A DNA stretch of 64,000 nt from Eledone cirrhosa (Eukaryota). Below the pieces are notes generated by a model. The model had not been told where the DNA came from. It saw nothing but the letters and a program-made list of their open reading frames with translations, and ran no database searches. Position numbers and translations under genes: made by a program. Positions 29,722 through 43,966 of the stretch are shown one piece after another (within the stretch, counting starts at the first letter, position 1; each line of letters begins with the position of its first letter). The stretch spans positions 14,942,001 through 15,006,000 of the forward strand of contig OZ024761.1 in NCBI GenBank assembly GCA_964016885.1, read 5' to 3'.

Positions 29722-30279
29722 AAATATGTATACACACATATATACATACATATACATACATGTAACAAGCATACATATATAAATATATTCACACACACTC
29801 ACATATATATATACTGCAAAGTGGTCGTGGAGCACCCAGCACACACTGTAAATGAGGTTGCTGTTAGGAAGGGCATCCATCTGTAGAAATCAAGCCAGAA
29901 TGAGTTCCCGTATGAGCAAGACATGGTCAGCCGACCGGGCACTGCCCACAACAGGGCAACCCGTCTAACCAATGCTAGCGTGGACGTAGACGTAAAACTG
30001 TGATGATGATATACATACACACACATAACATACATGCATATATACATATATCAATATACATACATATATACACACATGTATATATACATATGTACATCCC
30101 ATAAAGATGAAAGGCAAAGCTCATCTCGGCAGGGTTTCAACTCAGAATGTAGAAAATTTTATCTAAATATTGCAAAGCATTTTGTCCCCGACGCTCCACT
30201 GATTCCGTCTATCCACGCTGGACTACCCTATAATCGAAATTGTTTGTATGTTTGTTCATTGTCTTTTTTTTTTTTTCAG

Positions 30280-30514
30280 GTGGCCTCTCAGAACTTTAGT
30301 GGAACAGCACCTCAAGCCACTGAACTTCCCTATCTTCAGTATCCAGGCCAGCCAGCCACAACCTACCTACCCTATCAACCTGGGCCACCCCAAGTTGCTA
30401 CCCAACAGCTCAACCAGCAACTACCACAACAGAGAAACAGTACACAGTTTAACCGCCATGATCCATTCCGACAGCCTTTGTTACCCTCTCTCGTTGTACC
30501 AGCCCCCATACAAG
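30280..30514 (+). CDS. HIPK: HIPK exon F (Q/P-rich)
   Basis: tttcag|GTG...CAA G|gtcagt. VASQNFSGTAPQATELPYLQY...HDPFRQPLLPSLVVPAPIQ(G); phase 0 to 1. Confidence 0.9.
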
Positions 30515-30812
30515 GTCAGTCACTTCTTCTTATTACTAACTACTACTACTACTACTATTGACCTTTTTGTTACCACAATTTGTAAGGTAGATTGTCATCA
30601 CCATCATCGTATTATGTCTATTTTACCTGCTCTGTCCACCACCACCACACATGTAATGACCTCATACCTCGTAGCTTACTGTTTATGGTTGTACCACTGT
30701 ATCGTTGTATGCAAAACTATACAGATTCTTTTAATGTGGTCGATCTATCTAGCCCATGTGAGCATAGAAAAACAGACTTTAAATAGTGATGATGATGATT
30801 GTGTATATATAT

Positions 30813-31158
30813 ATCATCATCATCATCATCATCATTTTACGTCCGCTTTTCCCTGCTTGCAAGGGTTGGACGGGAACTGATTCTGGCTTGATTTCTACAG
30901 CTGGATGCCCTTCCTAACACCAACCTCATTTATAGTGAGTGCTGGGTGCTTTTTTGCCGTGGCACCTCCACGACCACTTTGCAGTGGAATGATAGGGACC
31001 CCAGTCCCTATCATCTCATTTCTACAGCTGAGTAAACTGGAGCAATGTGATATAAAGTGTCTTGCTCAAGGAAACAACACATCACCCGGTCTGAGAATTG
31101 AACTCACAACCTTTCAATTGCAAGCCCAATGCTCTAACCACTAAGCCATGTGCTTCCA
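30813..31158 (-). mobile_element. SINE family A, full length
   Basis: Similarity to family. Confidence 0.85.
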
Positions 31159-31400
31159 TATATATATATGTATATTCATTACCAAGACTACCTAATGGCT
31201 TTCTTGTTTTCCCCCTTCATTTGCGGTTTTTTTTTGTGTGTCTACTGGACATTCTTTCTGTTTCTCCATTGTGATCCTGCCTCTATTTGTACTTCTGAAG
31301 AATGGCTTAAGCCTGACACATCAAACTTTCTTTCCTCTTTCTAATATAAAGCGTGAAACTAATAAGACTTTTTGTGCTTCTGTTTGTTGTCTCCTTGAAC

Positions 31401-31457
<57 letters not shown>

Positions 31458-31956
31458 ATATATGAACGGAAAAAATGAAACAAAATTTCATTTCCCACTC
31501 TTAGTACGGCTGTTACTTAAATATAAGTATGTACACGTACATACATATATGTATACAGACATACAGTAGTATGTATATATATATATACATACATGCACAC
31601 ATATATACATGTACGTATGGATTCACCGAACATTTATTATAATGCTCGGTGTGTTTGTAAACAAACATCCTGAATTAAGCCGTAGTGTCTAGCAACCATC
31701 GTTGCTCGTTTGTTCAACACTGACAAAGGAACGCTGTACTAGTTTCAAGCTTATTAGCTATCGTCAGCAACGTATACCTTCCTGCCAGATGATTGAACGT
31801 CTGAAAATATATACTTTCCTTATGCATATTAACATACACTCATACACACACATATATATATGTACATACACACACCAATATATATATATATGTATATATA
31901 CATACACTCATACACACACGTACATATATTTATAACAAATATTCTTTTGATTGCAG

Positions 31957-32048
31957 GTCTCAACTCACCCAACCGATATTCTAATGTTGTTCCTATGGTT
32001 ACACAAGCTCATCAGACACTACAACTACAGCCACAGATTATGTCACAG
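31957..32048 (+). CDS. HIPK: HIPK exon G
   Basis: ttgcag|GT CTC...CAG|gtatgt. (G)LNSPNRYSNVVPMVTQAHQTLQLQPQIMSQ; phase 1 to 0 matches exon F. Confidence 0.9.
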
Positions 32049-32809
32049 GTATGTACCTGCCCTCTGCCCCACCCCAGCTACAGACGCATGTATCTACCTG
32101 CCCGACCCCCAACTACAAATCTGTCCTCCCCTCCCTCCCTTCCCAACTACAGAGACTCCCAGCTACGATTATCATCATTTCATCTGAACCCTTGTCTTTC
32201 CTCTGTTACAGAGAGTCCCAGAGAATCCCCTTGATAATTTTGAGGAGGACTCAAGGTGACAGACATCCCTCTCTCCCTCCTAGTTAGGATTACCATTGTC
32301 TCATTTTACCTCACCTTTGACCACCAAGAGTATCTTATATCGGGCCTGCCTAAAAATTATCGTCATCTTTCTGTTAACCCAGGCAGACCCTGATAAAAGA
32401 AACCCTGTGGTAATTGCAAGGATGATTTGAGGTGGCTTAACTCTTCACATCCTGTAAGGATTTAGTAGAAACTGTCTAAAAACTGGTTTGTTAATTCAAA
32501 TGTTTATCCCTTTACCATTTGCATTACTTTGTTTACTATTGTATTTTCACGGTAAAGGCTTTATTTCACATAGTTATCTCACATAATATCGAATCTATGA
32601 GATTTTGATATTATTTATTTTGAGAACAATACCTAAACGTCAGCATAACTGGTCAGTTATGGCTGGTTTGAACAGAAAGTTGTGAGAGAATTCTGGCTGG
32701 ACATGGCCTGTTTAAATGTCTGGATATTACACTCTCTACTATTTGTTGTATGTATGTGTGTGTGTGTCTAAATATTACACAATGTACTATAAAATGTATG
32801 TGTGTGTGT

Positions 32810-33220
32810 ATATAGATGTAACAGTATGTACTGTAAGATGTGTGTCTAAATATTACAGTATGTACTGTAAGATGTGTGTGTGTAGGTATTTCACTAGCTA
32901 CTGTAAGATGTGTTTGTATGTATGTGTGTGTGTGTGTAGATATTATAGTATGTACTGTAAGATGTGTGTGTATAGGTATTTTACTACCTACTGTAAGATG
33001 TGTGTGTCTGTGTATAGATATTATAGTATGTACTGTAGATATTACAGTATGTACTGTAAGATGTGTGTCTAGATATTACAGTATGTACTGTAAGATGTGC
33101 GTGTGTATGTGTGTAGATATTACAATATGTACTGTAAGAAGTGTGTGTGTAGGTATTTCACTAGCTACTGTAAGATGTGTTTGTGTGTGTGTAGATATTA
33201 CAGTATGTACTGTAAGATGG
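32810..33220. repeat. Minisatellite with palindromic core ttacagtatgtactgtaa
   Basis: About 10 degenerate units just upstream of exon H. Confidence 0.8.
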
Positions 33221-33259
33221 AGTTATGTCTAACAATACCTTCTCTGTTTATCTTTACAG

Positions 33260-33322
33260 ACTGTCACAACACAACATCTTACACCGGTCATTGACAGGGG
33301 GCGTGCTCAAGTATTCATGGCA
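33260..33322 (+). CDS. HIPK: HIPK exon H (63-bp frame-preserving small exon)
   Basis: tctttacag|ACT...GCA|gtaagt. TVTTQHLTPVIDRGRAQVFMA; phase 0-0, strong splice sites. Confidence 0.75.
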
Positions 33323-33328
33323 GTAAGT

Positions 33329-34810
33329 TATTTCACTCCACCAGACACCTCTTTAGCTATATCTAACTATATTACTAAGGTACTTCACTCCACCAGACAC
33401 CTCTTTAGCTATATCTAACTATATTACTAAGGTACTTCACTCCACCAGACACCTCTTCAGCTATATCTAACTATATTACTAAGGTACTTCACTCCACCAG
33501 ACACCTCTTCAGCTATATCTAACTATATTACTAAGGTATTTCACTCCACCAGACAACTCTTTAGCTATATCTAACTATATTACTAAGGTACTTCACTCCA
33601 CCAGACACCTCTTCAGCTATATCTAACTATATTACTAAGGTACTTCACTCCACCAGACACCTCTTTAGCTATATCTAACTATATTACTAAGGTACTTCAC
33701 TCCACCAGACACCTCTTTAGCTATATCTAACTATATTACTAAGGTACTTCACTCCACCAGACACCTCTTTAGCTATATCTAACTATATTACTAAGGTACT
33801 TCACTCCACCAGACACCTCTTCAGCTATATCTAACTATATTACTAAGGTATTTCACTCCACCAGACAACTCTTTAGCTATATCTAACTATATTACTAAGG
33901 TACTTCACTCCACCAGACACCTCTTCAGCTATATCTAACTATATTACTAAGGTACTTCACTCCACCAGACACCTCTTTAGCTATATCTAACTATATTACT
34001 AAGGTACTTCACTCCACCAGACACCTCTTTAGCTATATCTAACTATATTACTAAGGTACTTCACTCCACCAGACACCTCTTCAGCTATATCTAACTATAT
34101 TACTAAGGTATTTCACTCCACCAGACAACTCTTTAGCTATATCTAACTATATTACTAAGGTACTTCACTCCACCAGACACCTCTTCAGCTATATCTAACT
34201 ATATTACTAAGGTACTTCACTCCACCAGACACCTCTTTAGCTATATCTAACTATATTACTAAGGTACTTCACTCCACCAGACACCTCTTTAGCTATATCT
34301 AACTATATTACTAAGGTACTTCACTCCACCAGACACCTCTTTAGCTATATCTAACTATATTACTAAGGTACTTCACTCCACCAGACACCTCTTCAGCTAT
34401 ATCTAACTATATTACTAAGGTACTTCACTCCACCAGACACCTCTTCAGCTATATCTAACTATATTACTAAGGTATTTCACTCCACCAGACAACTCTTTAG
34501 CTATATCTAACTATATTACTAAGGTACTTCACTCCACCAGACACCTCTTCAGCTATATCTAACTATATTACTAAGGTACTTCACTCCACCAGACACCTCT
34601 TTAGCTATATCTAACTATATTACTGAGGTACTTCACTCCACCAGACAACTCTTCAGCTATATCTAACTATATTACTAAGGTACTTCACTCCACCAGACAC
34701 CTCTTTAGCTATATCTAACTATATTACTGAGGTACTTCACTCCACCAGACACCTCTTCAGCTATATCTAACTATATTACTGAGGTACTTCACTCTACCAG
34801 ACACCTCTTT
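33329..34810. repeat. 52-bp satellite, about 28 copies
   Basis: tacttcactccaccagacacctctttagctatatctaactatattactaagg. A related ~50-bp variant array continues at 34840-35160. Confidence 0.95.
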
Positions 34811-35917
34811 AGGCACCTTAGTAGCATAAATAGATATATTTATGCTACTAAGGTGCCTCATTGTACCAGACACCTCTTCAGCTATTTATTTATGCTACTA
34901 AAGTGCCTCATTGTACCAGACACCTCTTCAGCTATCTATTTATGTTATTAAGGTGCCTCATTGTACCAGACACCTCTTCAGCTATTTATTTATGCTACTA
35001 AGGTGCCTCATTGTACCAGACACCTCTTCAGCTATCTATTTATGTTATTAAGGTGCCTCATTGTACCAGACACCTCCTCAGCTATTTCTATTTATGTAAC
35101 TAAGATACTTCACTCTACCAGACACCTCTACAGCTATCTTATGTTACTAAGATACTTCACTGTATCTTCTCATCATCTGAACTTATGTAATGTTCTAAAT
35201 ATCAGCTTACTCATGAAAACTTAGTTGTTTCAATAAATCCCTCCAAATTCTTGTTTATTTTCAAAAGCCTAAAAATAGAATATGAGCTTTTCATCAAGAA
35301 GGACATCCAGTTTCCATATTAACATGGAAAAGCTAACATAAAAAAGAATGATGATAATGTTTGAAGTCATACATATAAGACAGCAATCATATGACATCAG
35401 CAGTTTGATAGTTAAACAATTGGTGATTTTTTTAAAAGGGTCATGTTGGTGACACAACAAAAAGTGCCTAATTCACACTGTAAAGTAGTTGTGTTGGTGA
35501 TACGACAAAAAGGGCCCTGTCCACACTGTAAAGTAGTTGTGTTGGTGATACAACAAAAAGGGCTCTGTCCACATTTTAAAGTGATCTTTCTGGTGCCATG
35601 ATAAAAAGCACCCAGTGCACACTGTAAAGTGGTCATGTAGGTGGCACGATAAAAAGCACCCAGTGCACACTGTAAAGTTGTCATGTAGATGTCACGATAA
35701 AAAGCTCTCAGCCCAGACTATAAATATTGTAGACATTAGGAAGGGCATCCAGCTGTAGAAACCAAGCCAAAATCAGTTCTGTATGAGCAAGACATGGTCA
35801 TCTAATCTGACTTGTCTCACAACGGGGCAACTCGTCTAACCCATGCTAGCATGGAAAAATGGACAATAAACAGTAATGATGATGATGATAATTTGTTATC
35901 CTTTTTTTTTTTTCCAG

Positions 35918-36139
35918 AATGCACCAATGAATTCCTGGCATGGAAACAGGCAGGTTGTGGTGAGTTCTTGGCCCCAGCAAATCCCAGCTTTAACTTCACA
36001 AAGATCCATTCAGCAACCTGCAGCGACGGCAGTCATTCCAGACACTTTACCCACACAGGCTGTCTCAGACACCTGGCGCCGTTCAATCGTACTGGCAGGA
36101 GAAGATCTGGAGCAAGCCCCGCCTGCAGTGGTACCCTTG
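35918..36139 (+). CDS. HIPK: HIPK exon I
   Basis: tttccag|AAT...TTG|gtatgc. NAPMNSWHGNRQVVVSSWPQQIP...VIPDTLPTQAVSDTWRRS...VVPL; 222 bp. Confidence 0.88.
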
Positions 36140-38339
36140 GTATGCGGTTGTTTTTGGTTTTTCTCTAAAAATTTCACCTTTTTTTTTTATGTCGGGGGGG
36201 TAGATTTTATTTGTTTTTTCCCCCTGTTTTTCTCCCATCATACATATTAAAATATATTTGGGTGACTATTTAAGGGCCTTCCAAGCTCCAAACATATCAC
36301 TGTTTTGCTGACATTCCAGAAGAAGTTGCTGGAATTATAAACTAATTGATTTTGATTTTTAAAAAAGTTCTCTTTTATCAAATTCTATATACATTATAGT
36401 ATATATTTTTATGTGTATGTGTGTGTATATATATGTCTGTGTGTGTGTGTGTGTATATATGTGTGTGTATGTGTATATAGAAGTAACTTCTACAGGACCA
36501 AATCTGTTTCAATTGTATGAAATCATCAAACATATGTAACAGTTATAATCCTGATGATGTTGTTTATGAACACGCAAGCTGGCAACAACAGTCGGCGACA
36601 AACTGGGATAATTGATGGGAAAGTATCACTTGTTGTGTAGTTAGTTACTGTGGTGATATTTATCTGTCTTTCACACACAATCTCTCTCCCTCTCTCTCTC
36701 TCTCTCTCAACATTTTGTATGGGAAAAATAGTTTCGGTTCTACGAATATTTCAGATGACGGATGTACTTCAGGAATGAATTAAGTTAATCAACTGAGGTT
36801 CCTCTCTATATGTGTTTGTGTGTGTCAATACATGTGTGTATGTATGTATATCAATGAGTGTGTGTGCGTACTAATTATTCCAACAAAATGTTCTATTCAA
36901 AATGTTTTTCAAGTTCAAAGTAAAATAATTTATTTCACTTAATATTCATAATTTACCAACACAGACCCTATGAAATAGAGATTTATTTGAAGCCACCTTG
37001 AGGGTACTCCGTCAGTTACGATGGTCAGTGTTCCAGTTTATCTGATTAATGGAACAGCCCGATCTTGAAATCAATATGCAAGTGACTGAGCATTCCACAG
37101 ACATGCATACCCTTACCATATTTCTCAGGGAGATTCAGCGTGACGCAGAATGTGACTAGGCTGATCCTTTGTATTACAGGCACAACTCACTTTTGCCAGC
37201 TGTGTGGACTGGAGCAATGTGAAATAAAGTGTCTTGCTCAAGGACATAACGTGCCACCTGGAATCGAACTCACAAACTTACAATTGTGGGTCAAATACCT
37301 TAACCACAAAGCCACCACTACAGTGTGAATTGGATGTTAAATGTTAAAAATCTCTTCACAAAGATTCTCTGATATTTCTTTCCAGTTTTCTTGAGGTCCA
37401 TATATTCCGGGATAAAATATACAGCTCCAAACTAGTTTCTTCTATAAATCTTTTGATAAGGGGATTTTATCCTGAAATATGTATGTTCCTGTAACTCCTG
37501 GGGGAGTCATAGGGGTGGCGTATTGACATACAGCGTTTCTAGGGCATTTTGTAAACCTGGCTGAGCCCATCTCTCCAGGTATATATATATACACATATAT
37601 AAATACAGCAGAGTTCTTCCAGAGAAGGATAGAGAGAGTGAGGGAATGGAAGTGAGGGAGGCATATAGAGGAAGAGCTGACCCCCCAGTACTAAACTGGT
37701 ACTTTTTTTTTATCGACCTTGAATGGATGAAATGCAAAGTTGAACTCAGCGGGATTTGAGTTCAAGAGAAGTCCTCACTGGTCTTCACAAGTCTGTTTTG
37801 CTTCCCACACCCTCCTTCAGGTTTCCATTTAAGGGAGGTCCCTCACTAGTTTCTTGATGGCTAAGCATCTTCTGCTGTCATATGGTGACGGTATCCTGAA
37901 GATAACACAGCAGGGTCCTTCCCATGAGCCTCTCAATTGTGATGGTCACACCAAGAAGTAAAGCAAAGCAAAGCAAATATATATAAATATATATATATAT
38001 AAATATATATATATTTGCTTTGCTTTGCTTCCTATGACATCCTGGTTTCCATTTGAGGGAAGCCCTCACTAGTTTCTTGATGGCTAAGCATCTTCTGCTG
38101 TCATATGGTGACGGTATCCTGAAGATAACACAGCAGGGTCCTTCCCATGAGCCTCTCAATTGTGATGGCCACACCAAGAAACCTTAAGTCATTCTGAGGG
38201 AATGTGTGTAGTCAGTAGTTTATAGTAGTATCTAATAATGTGTGTGTATGTGTTGTTAGGTGTGCATGTGTGCTGATGTAGTGTTATATAATATGATGTG
38301 TATGTGTGTTTGGTGTATAAATGTGTTGTGTGTGTGTAT

Positions 38340-38428
38340 GTATGTTTTGTGTGTCTGCTGTGTGTGTGTGTGTGTGTGTGTGGTGTACATATGTGTTATA
38401 TGCGTGGTGTGTGAGTTTTGTGTGTCTG

Positions 38429-38462
<34 letters not shown>

Positions 38463-40300
38463 TGTACATATGTGTTATATGCGTGGTGTGTGAGTTTTGT
38501 ATGTCTGCTGTGTGTGTGTGGTGTACATATGTGTTATATGCGTGGTGTGTGCTGTGCATATGTGTTATATGCGTGGTGTGTGAGTTTTGTGTGTGTGGTG
38601 TACATATGTGTTATATGCGTGGTGTGTGAGTTTTGTGTGTCTGCTGTGTGTGTGTGTGTGGTGTACATATGTGTTATATGCGTGGTGTGTGAGTTTTGTG
38701 TGTGTGGTGTACATATGTGTTATATGCGTGGTGTGTGAGTTTTGTGTGTGTGGTGTACATATGTGTTATATGCGTGGTGTGTGAGTTTTGTGTGTGTGGT
38801 GTACATATGTGTTATATGCGTGGTGTGTGAGTTTTGTGTGTCTGCTGTGTGTGTGTGTGTGGTGTACATATGTGTTATATGCGTGGTGTGTGAGTTTTGT
38901 GTGTGTGGTGTACATATGTGTTATATGCGTGGTGTGTGAGTTTTGTGTGTGTGGTGTACATATGTGTTATATGCGTGGTGTGTGAGTTTTGTGTGTCTGC
39001 TGTGTGTGTGTGTGTGGTGTACATATGTGTTATATGCGTGGTGTGTGAGTTTTGTGTGTGTGGTGTACATATGTGTTATATGCGTGGTGTGTGAGTTTTG
39101 TGTGTGTGGTGTACATATGTGTTATATGCGTGGTGTGTGAGTTTTGTGTGTGTGGTGTACATATGTGTTATATGCGTGGTGTGTGAGTTTTGTGTGTGTG
39201 GTGTACATATGTGTTATATGCGTGGTGTGTGAGTTTTGTGTGTGTGGTGTACATATGTGTTATATGTGTGGTGTGTGAGTTTTGTGTGTCTGCTGTGTGT
39301 GTGTGGTGTACATATGTGTTATATGCGTGGTGTGTGAGTTTTGTGTGTCTGCTGTGTGTGTGTGTCTGCTGTACATATGTGTTATATGTGTGGTGTGTGA
39401 GTTTTGTGTGTCTGCTGTGTGTGTGTGTCTGCTGTACATATGTGTTATATGTGTGGTGTGTGAGTTTTGTGTGTCTGCTGTGTGTGTGTGGTGTACATAT
39501 GTGTTATATGTGTGGTGTGTGAGTTTTGTGTGTCTGCTGTGTGTGTGTGGTGTACATATGTGTTATATGCGTGGTGTGTGAGTTTTGTGTGTCTGCTGTG
39601 TGTGTGTGTGTGTGCTGTACATATGTGTTATATGCGTGGTGTGTGAGTTTTGTGTGTCTGCTGTGTGTGTGTGTGTGTGCTGTACATATGTGTTATATGT
39701 GTGGTGTGTGAGTTTTGTGTGTCTGCTGTGTGTGTGTGGTGTACATATGTGTTATATGCGTGGTGTGTGAGTTTTGTGTGTCTGCTGTGTGTGTGTGTGT
39801 GTGCTGTACATATGTGTTATATGCGTGGTGTGTGAGTTTTGTGTGTGTGTGTGTGTGCTGTACATATGTGTTATATGCGTGGTGTGTGAGTTTTGTGTGT
39901 CTGCTGTGTGTGTGTGTGTGTGCTGTACATATGTGTTATATGCGTGGTGTGTGAGTTTTGTGTGTCTGCTGTGTGTGTGTGTGTGTGCTGTACATATGTG
40001 TTATATGCGTGGTGTGTGAGTTTTGTGTGTCTGCTGTGTGTGTGTGTGTGTGCTGTACATATGTGTTATATGCGTGGTGTGTGAGTTTTGTGTGTCTGCT
40101 GTGTGTGTGTGTGTGTGCTGTACATATGTGTTATATGTGTGGTGTGTGAGTTTTGTGTGTCTGCTGTGTGTGTGTGGTGTACATATGTGTTATATGCGTG
40201 GTGTGTGAGTTTTGTGTGTCTGCTGTGTGTGTGTGTGTGTGCTGTACATATGTGTTATATGCGTGGTGTGTGAGTTTTGTGTGTGTGTGTGTGTGTTGTA
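38340..40300. repeat. 46-65-bp GT-rich minisatellite
   Basis: ggtgtacatatgtgttatatgcgtggtgtgtgagttttgtgtgt(ctgct) units. Confidence 0.95.
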
Positions 40301-40650
40301 TGATGCATGTGTATATGTTATTTAACTATCGCAATCTCTCCACAACATACCAAACATTCTCCTCCGCTCAGTCCCCCTCCTCCTCTGCCCTCCCCTCACC
40401 CTCCTCCTCCTACTGGTCACTGTACAGAAATACTTCAGTATATAATAATATATATAATTAATAATTACAATTACAGAAATCTTAATTATACAATAGCCAG
40501 CCACTTTCTCATTAGAAGGTGAAATAAAAGAAAGCCAAGACATAACGCTGACTTTATTTCAAGAAACCTCCTCCTTCCTTACTTTGCCTCCCACCTCTCC
40601 CCTCAAAGCTATTTTCTTCCTTCGTGCACCTCCTACTTCTTCACTGTGTA

Positions 40651-42075
<1,425 letters not shown>

Positions 42076-42394
42076 ACACATACACACACACACATAAACA
42101 ACAACATCGTTTGATGCTTATATTAAAGATTACTGGCTTACCTCTCTTGTATTTTTTCTTACCTTTTACCTCTAAGTCGGTCAGTTTGTTACTCCAGTTC
42201 TTTCCTTACTCTCTCTTTTTCGCTTTCCATCACACCACCACCACACATCTTGTATCATTTACTATTTCATAACGTTTCCATTAGCTACGTGCTGACCCCA
42301 GTGTGTGGATATAACTTGCATTTTATGTCTGTTCCTTCCTGGCATGAGGTCCCAATTGGTTTTTGAGTCCTGAAAGCCTGTGAAAGACCTGTCC

Positions 42395-42757
42395 ACAAAT
42401 AATACAATGATGAGCATAAGAGGAATCAAATGCTGTGTGCAGGAGAGGAGGTTGTGTTGGTATGGACATGTGATGCTTATGAAGGATGACAGCTGCATAA
42501 AAAGGTGCAGAGCACTAGAAGTCGATGGAAGCCATGGAGTGGGGAGACCCAAGAAAACCTGGGCTGAAGTGATAAAAGCCAACCTTACCCAATTGCACCT
42601 CTCAAAGGCGATGACACAGGACCGTGACCTCTGGCATCACGCAGTAATACAGAAGACCCGACTTCCCACGGGTACAAGCCGAAGCTGAAGCATATAGACA
42701 ATATGCTCTCACTGCAAAGTGGCCGTGGAGGTGCCACGGCAAAAAAGCACGCAGCCC

Positions 42758-42788
<31 letters not shown>

Positions 42789-42905
42789 ACACTGTAAAGT
42801 GTCGTGTAGGCGCCACGGAAAAAAAAGCACCCAGCACTCACTGTAAATGAGGTTGGTGTTAGGCAGGGCATCCAGCTGTAGAAATCAAGCCAGAATCAGT
42901 TCCCA
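42395..42905 (+). mobile_element. RTE-like LINE 3' end whose UTR matches the SINE-A tail
   Basis: RRLCWYGHV..GRPKKTWAEVIK..DRDLWHHAV, then cactgtaaagtggtcgtgg units and aggcagggcatccagctgtagaaatc. Relative at 52875-53655. Confidence 0.8.
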
Positions 42906-43099
42906 GTATGTGTGTCAGTGCCCTGGTTGTATATATGTCCAGATGTCATTTCAATCCACCACATGGTTTGTAAATTTTCTTACAAACTTGGTACTGGGAC
43001 TGATTCTCTGCAACAAAGTTTGAATTGTCAACTTGGATTTTACCATCATGTGCTCATTGGTGTGACTTTAAGCCAGCATTCAAAGGGCACACAAGGCAT

Positions 43100-43836
43100 T
43101 TATATATGTATATATAGTATAAGAATAAAGGAACAAAGAATCAATGTTGCATCATTAACATATTACATATGTTTCACTGACGATCAGCTTGTGGAACAAT
43201 CTATTCGTTCAGGTTTGATCAATAATAATTTGAGCTGATCGACAGTGAAACATATGTAATATGTTATGATGCAACACTGACTCTTTGTTCCTTTATTCTT
43301 ATACTATTATACTCTGCTCTGCGAAAGCATCGAGTGCTCACCCTGCATATCGCCTATGAACGTAATTACCTTGCACCTCTACGCCTATATATAAATATTC
43401 AATGATATTAAATAAATGGAAACTATATTTATAAAACCATATTTATTTTATTATATATATTTCAAGTGCAACCAAGACAACATTGGTACGCTTTCATCAG
43501 ATAAAATACAAAGTTTGTTTTATAAATAGAGACATACCCATGAAAATCATACCTTATTAGTTGGAAATTCACTGGATAGTCCAACCGATAAGGTATGATT
43601 TTCATGGGTATGTCTCTATTTATAAAACAAAGTTTGTATTTTATCTGATGAAAGCCTACCAATGCTGTCTTGGTACCCTTGAAATATATATAATAATATA
43701 AATATTGTTTTATAATTATAGTTTCCATTTATTTAATATCATTGAATATTTACTCCAGTAAACTGTTGAGTGCTCTAAATCAGTTATAAGCATTTATATT
43801 TGTCGGACTTCCAACAAATTAAATACCACTTCTACT

Positions 43837-43877
<41 letters not shown>

Positions 43878-43923
43878 TTTTTATATTTGTCGGACTTCCA
43901 ACAAATTAAATACCACTTCTACT

Positions 43924-43950
<27 letters not shown>
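43100..43950. mobile_element. Cluster of Penelope-like pLTR remnants with inverted duplications
   Basis: Two fold-backs (43114-43307 and 43392-43752), hammerhead motifs, GAGTGCTC-containing tails and (TA)n borders. Relatives at 25185-25345 and 56260-56470. Confidence 0.6.
43633..43702 (+). ncRNA. Hammerhead ribozyme motif (inverted twin at 43441-43512 on minus strand)
   Basis: uuuguauuuuau CUGAUGA aag cc uaccaa ugcuguc uuggua cc cuu GAAA uauauAUA auaauauaaa. Minimal palindromic stem III. Confidence 0.65.

Positions 43951-43966
<16 letters not shown>

Noticed and set aside
33329-34810. CRISPR-like regular array
   Set aside because: Head-to-tail satellite with no unique spacers; eukaryotic intron with no cas genes.
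36725-36785. Additional hammerhead (minus strand CUGAAGU...GAAAU...GUA)
   Set aside because: Core mutated, stem II unconvincing and stem I only 3 bp.
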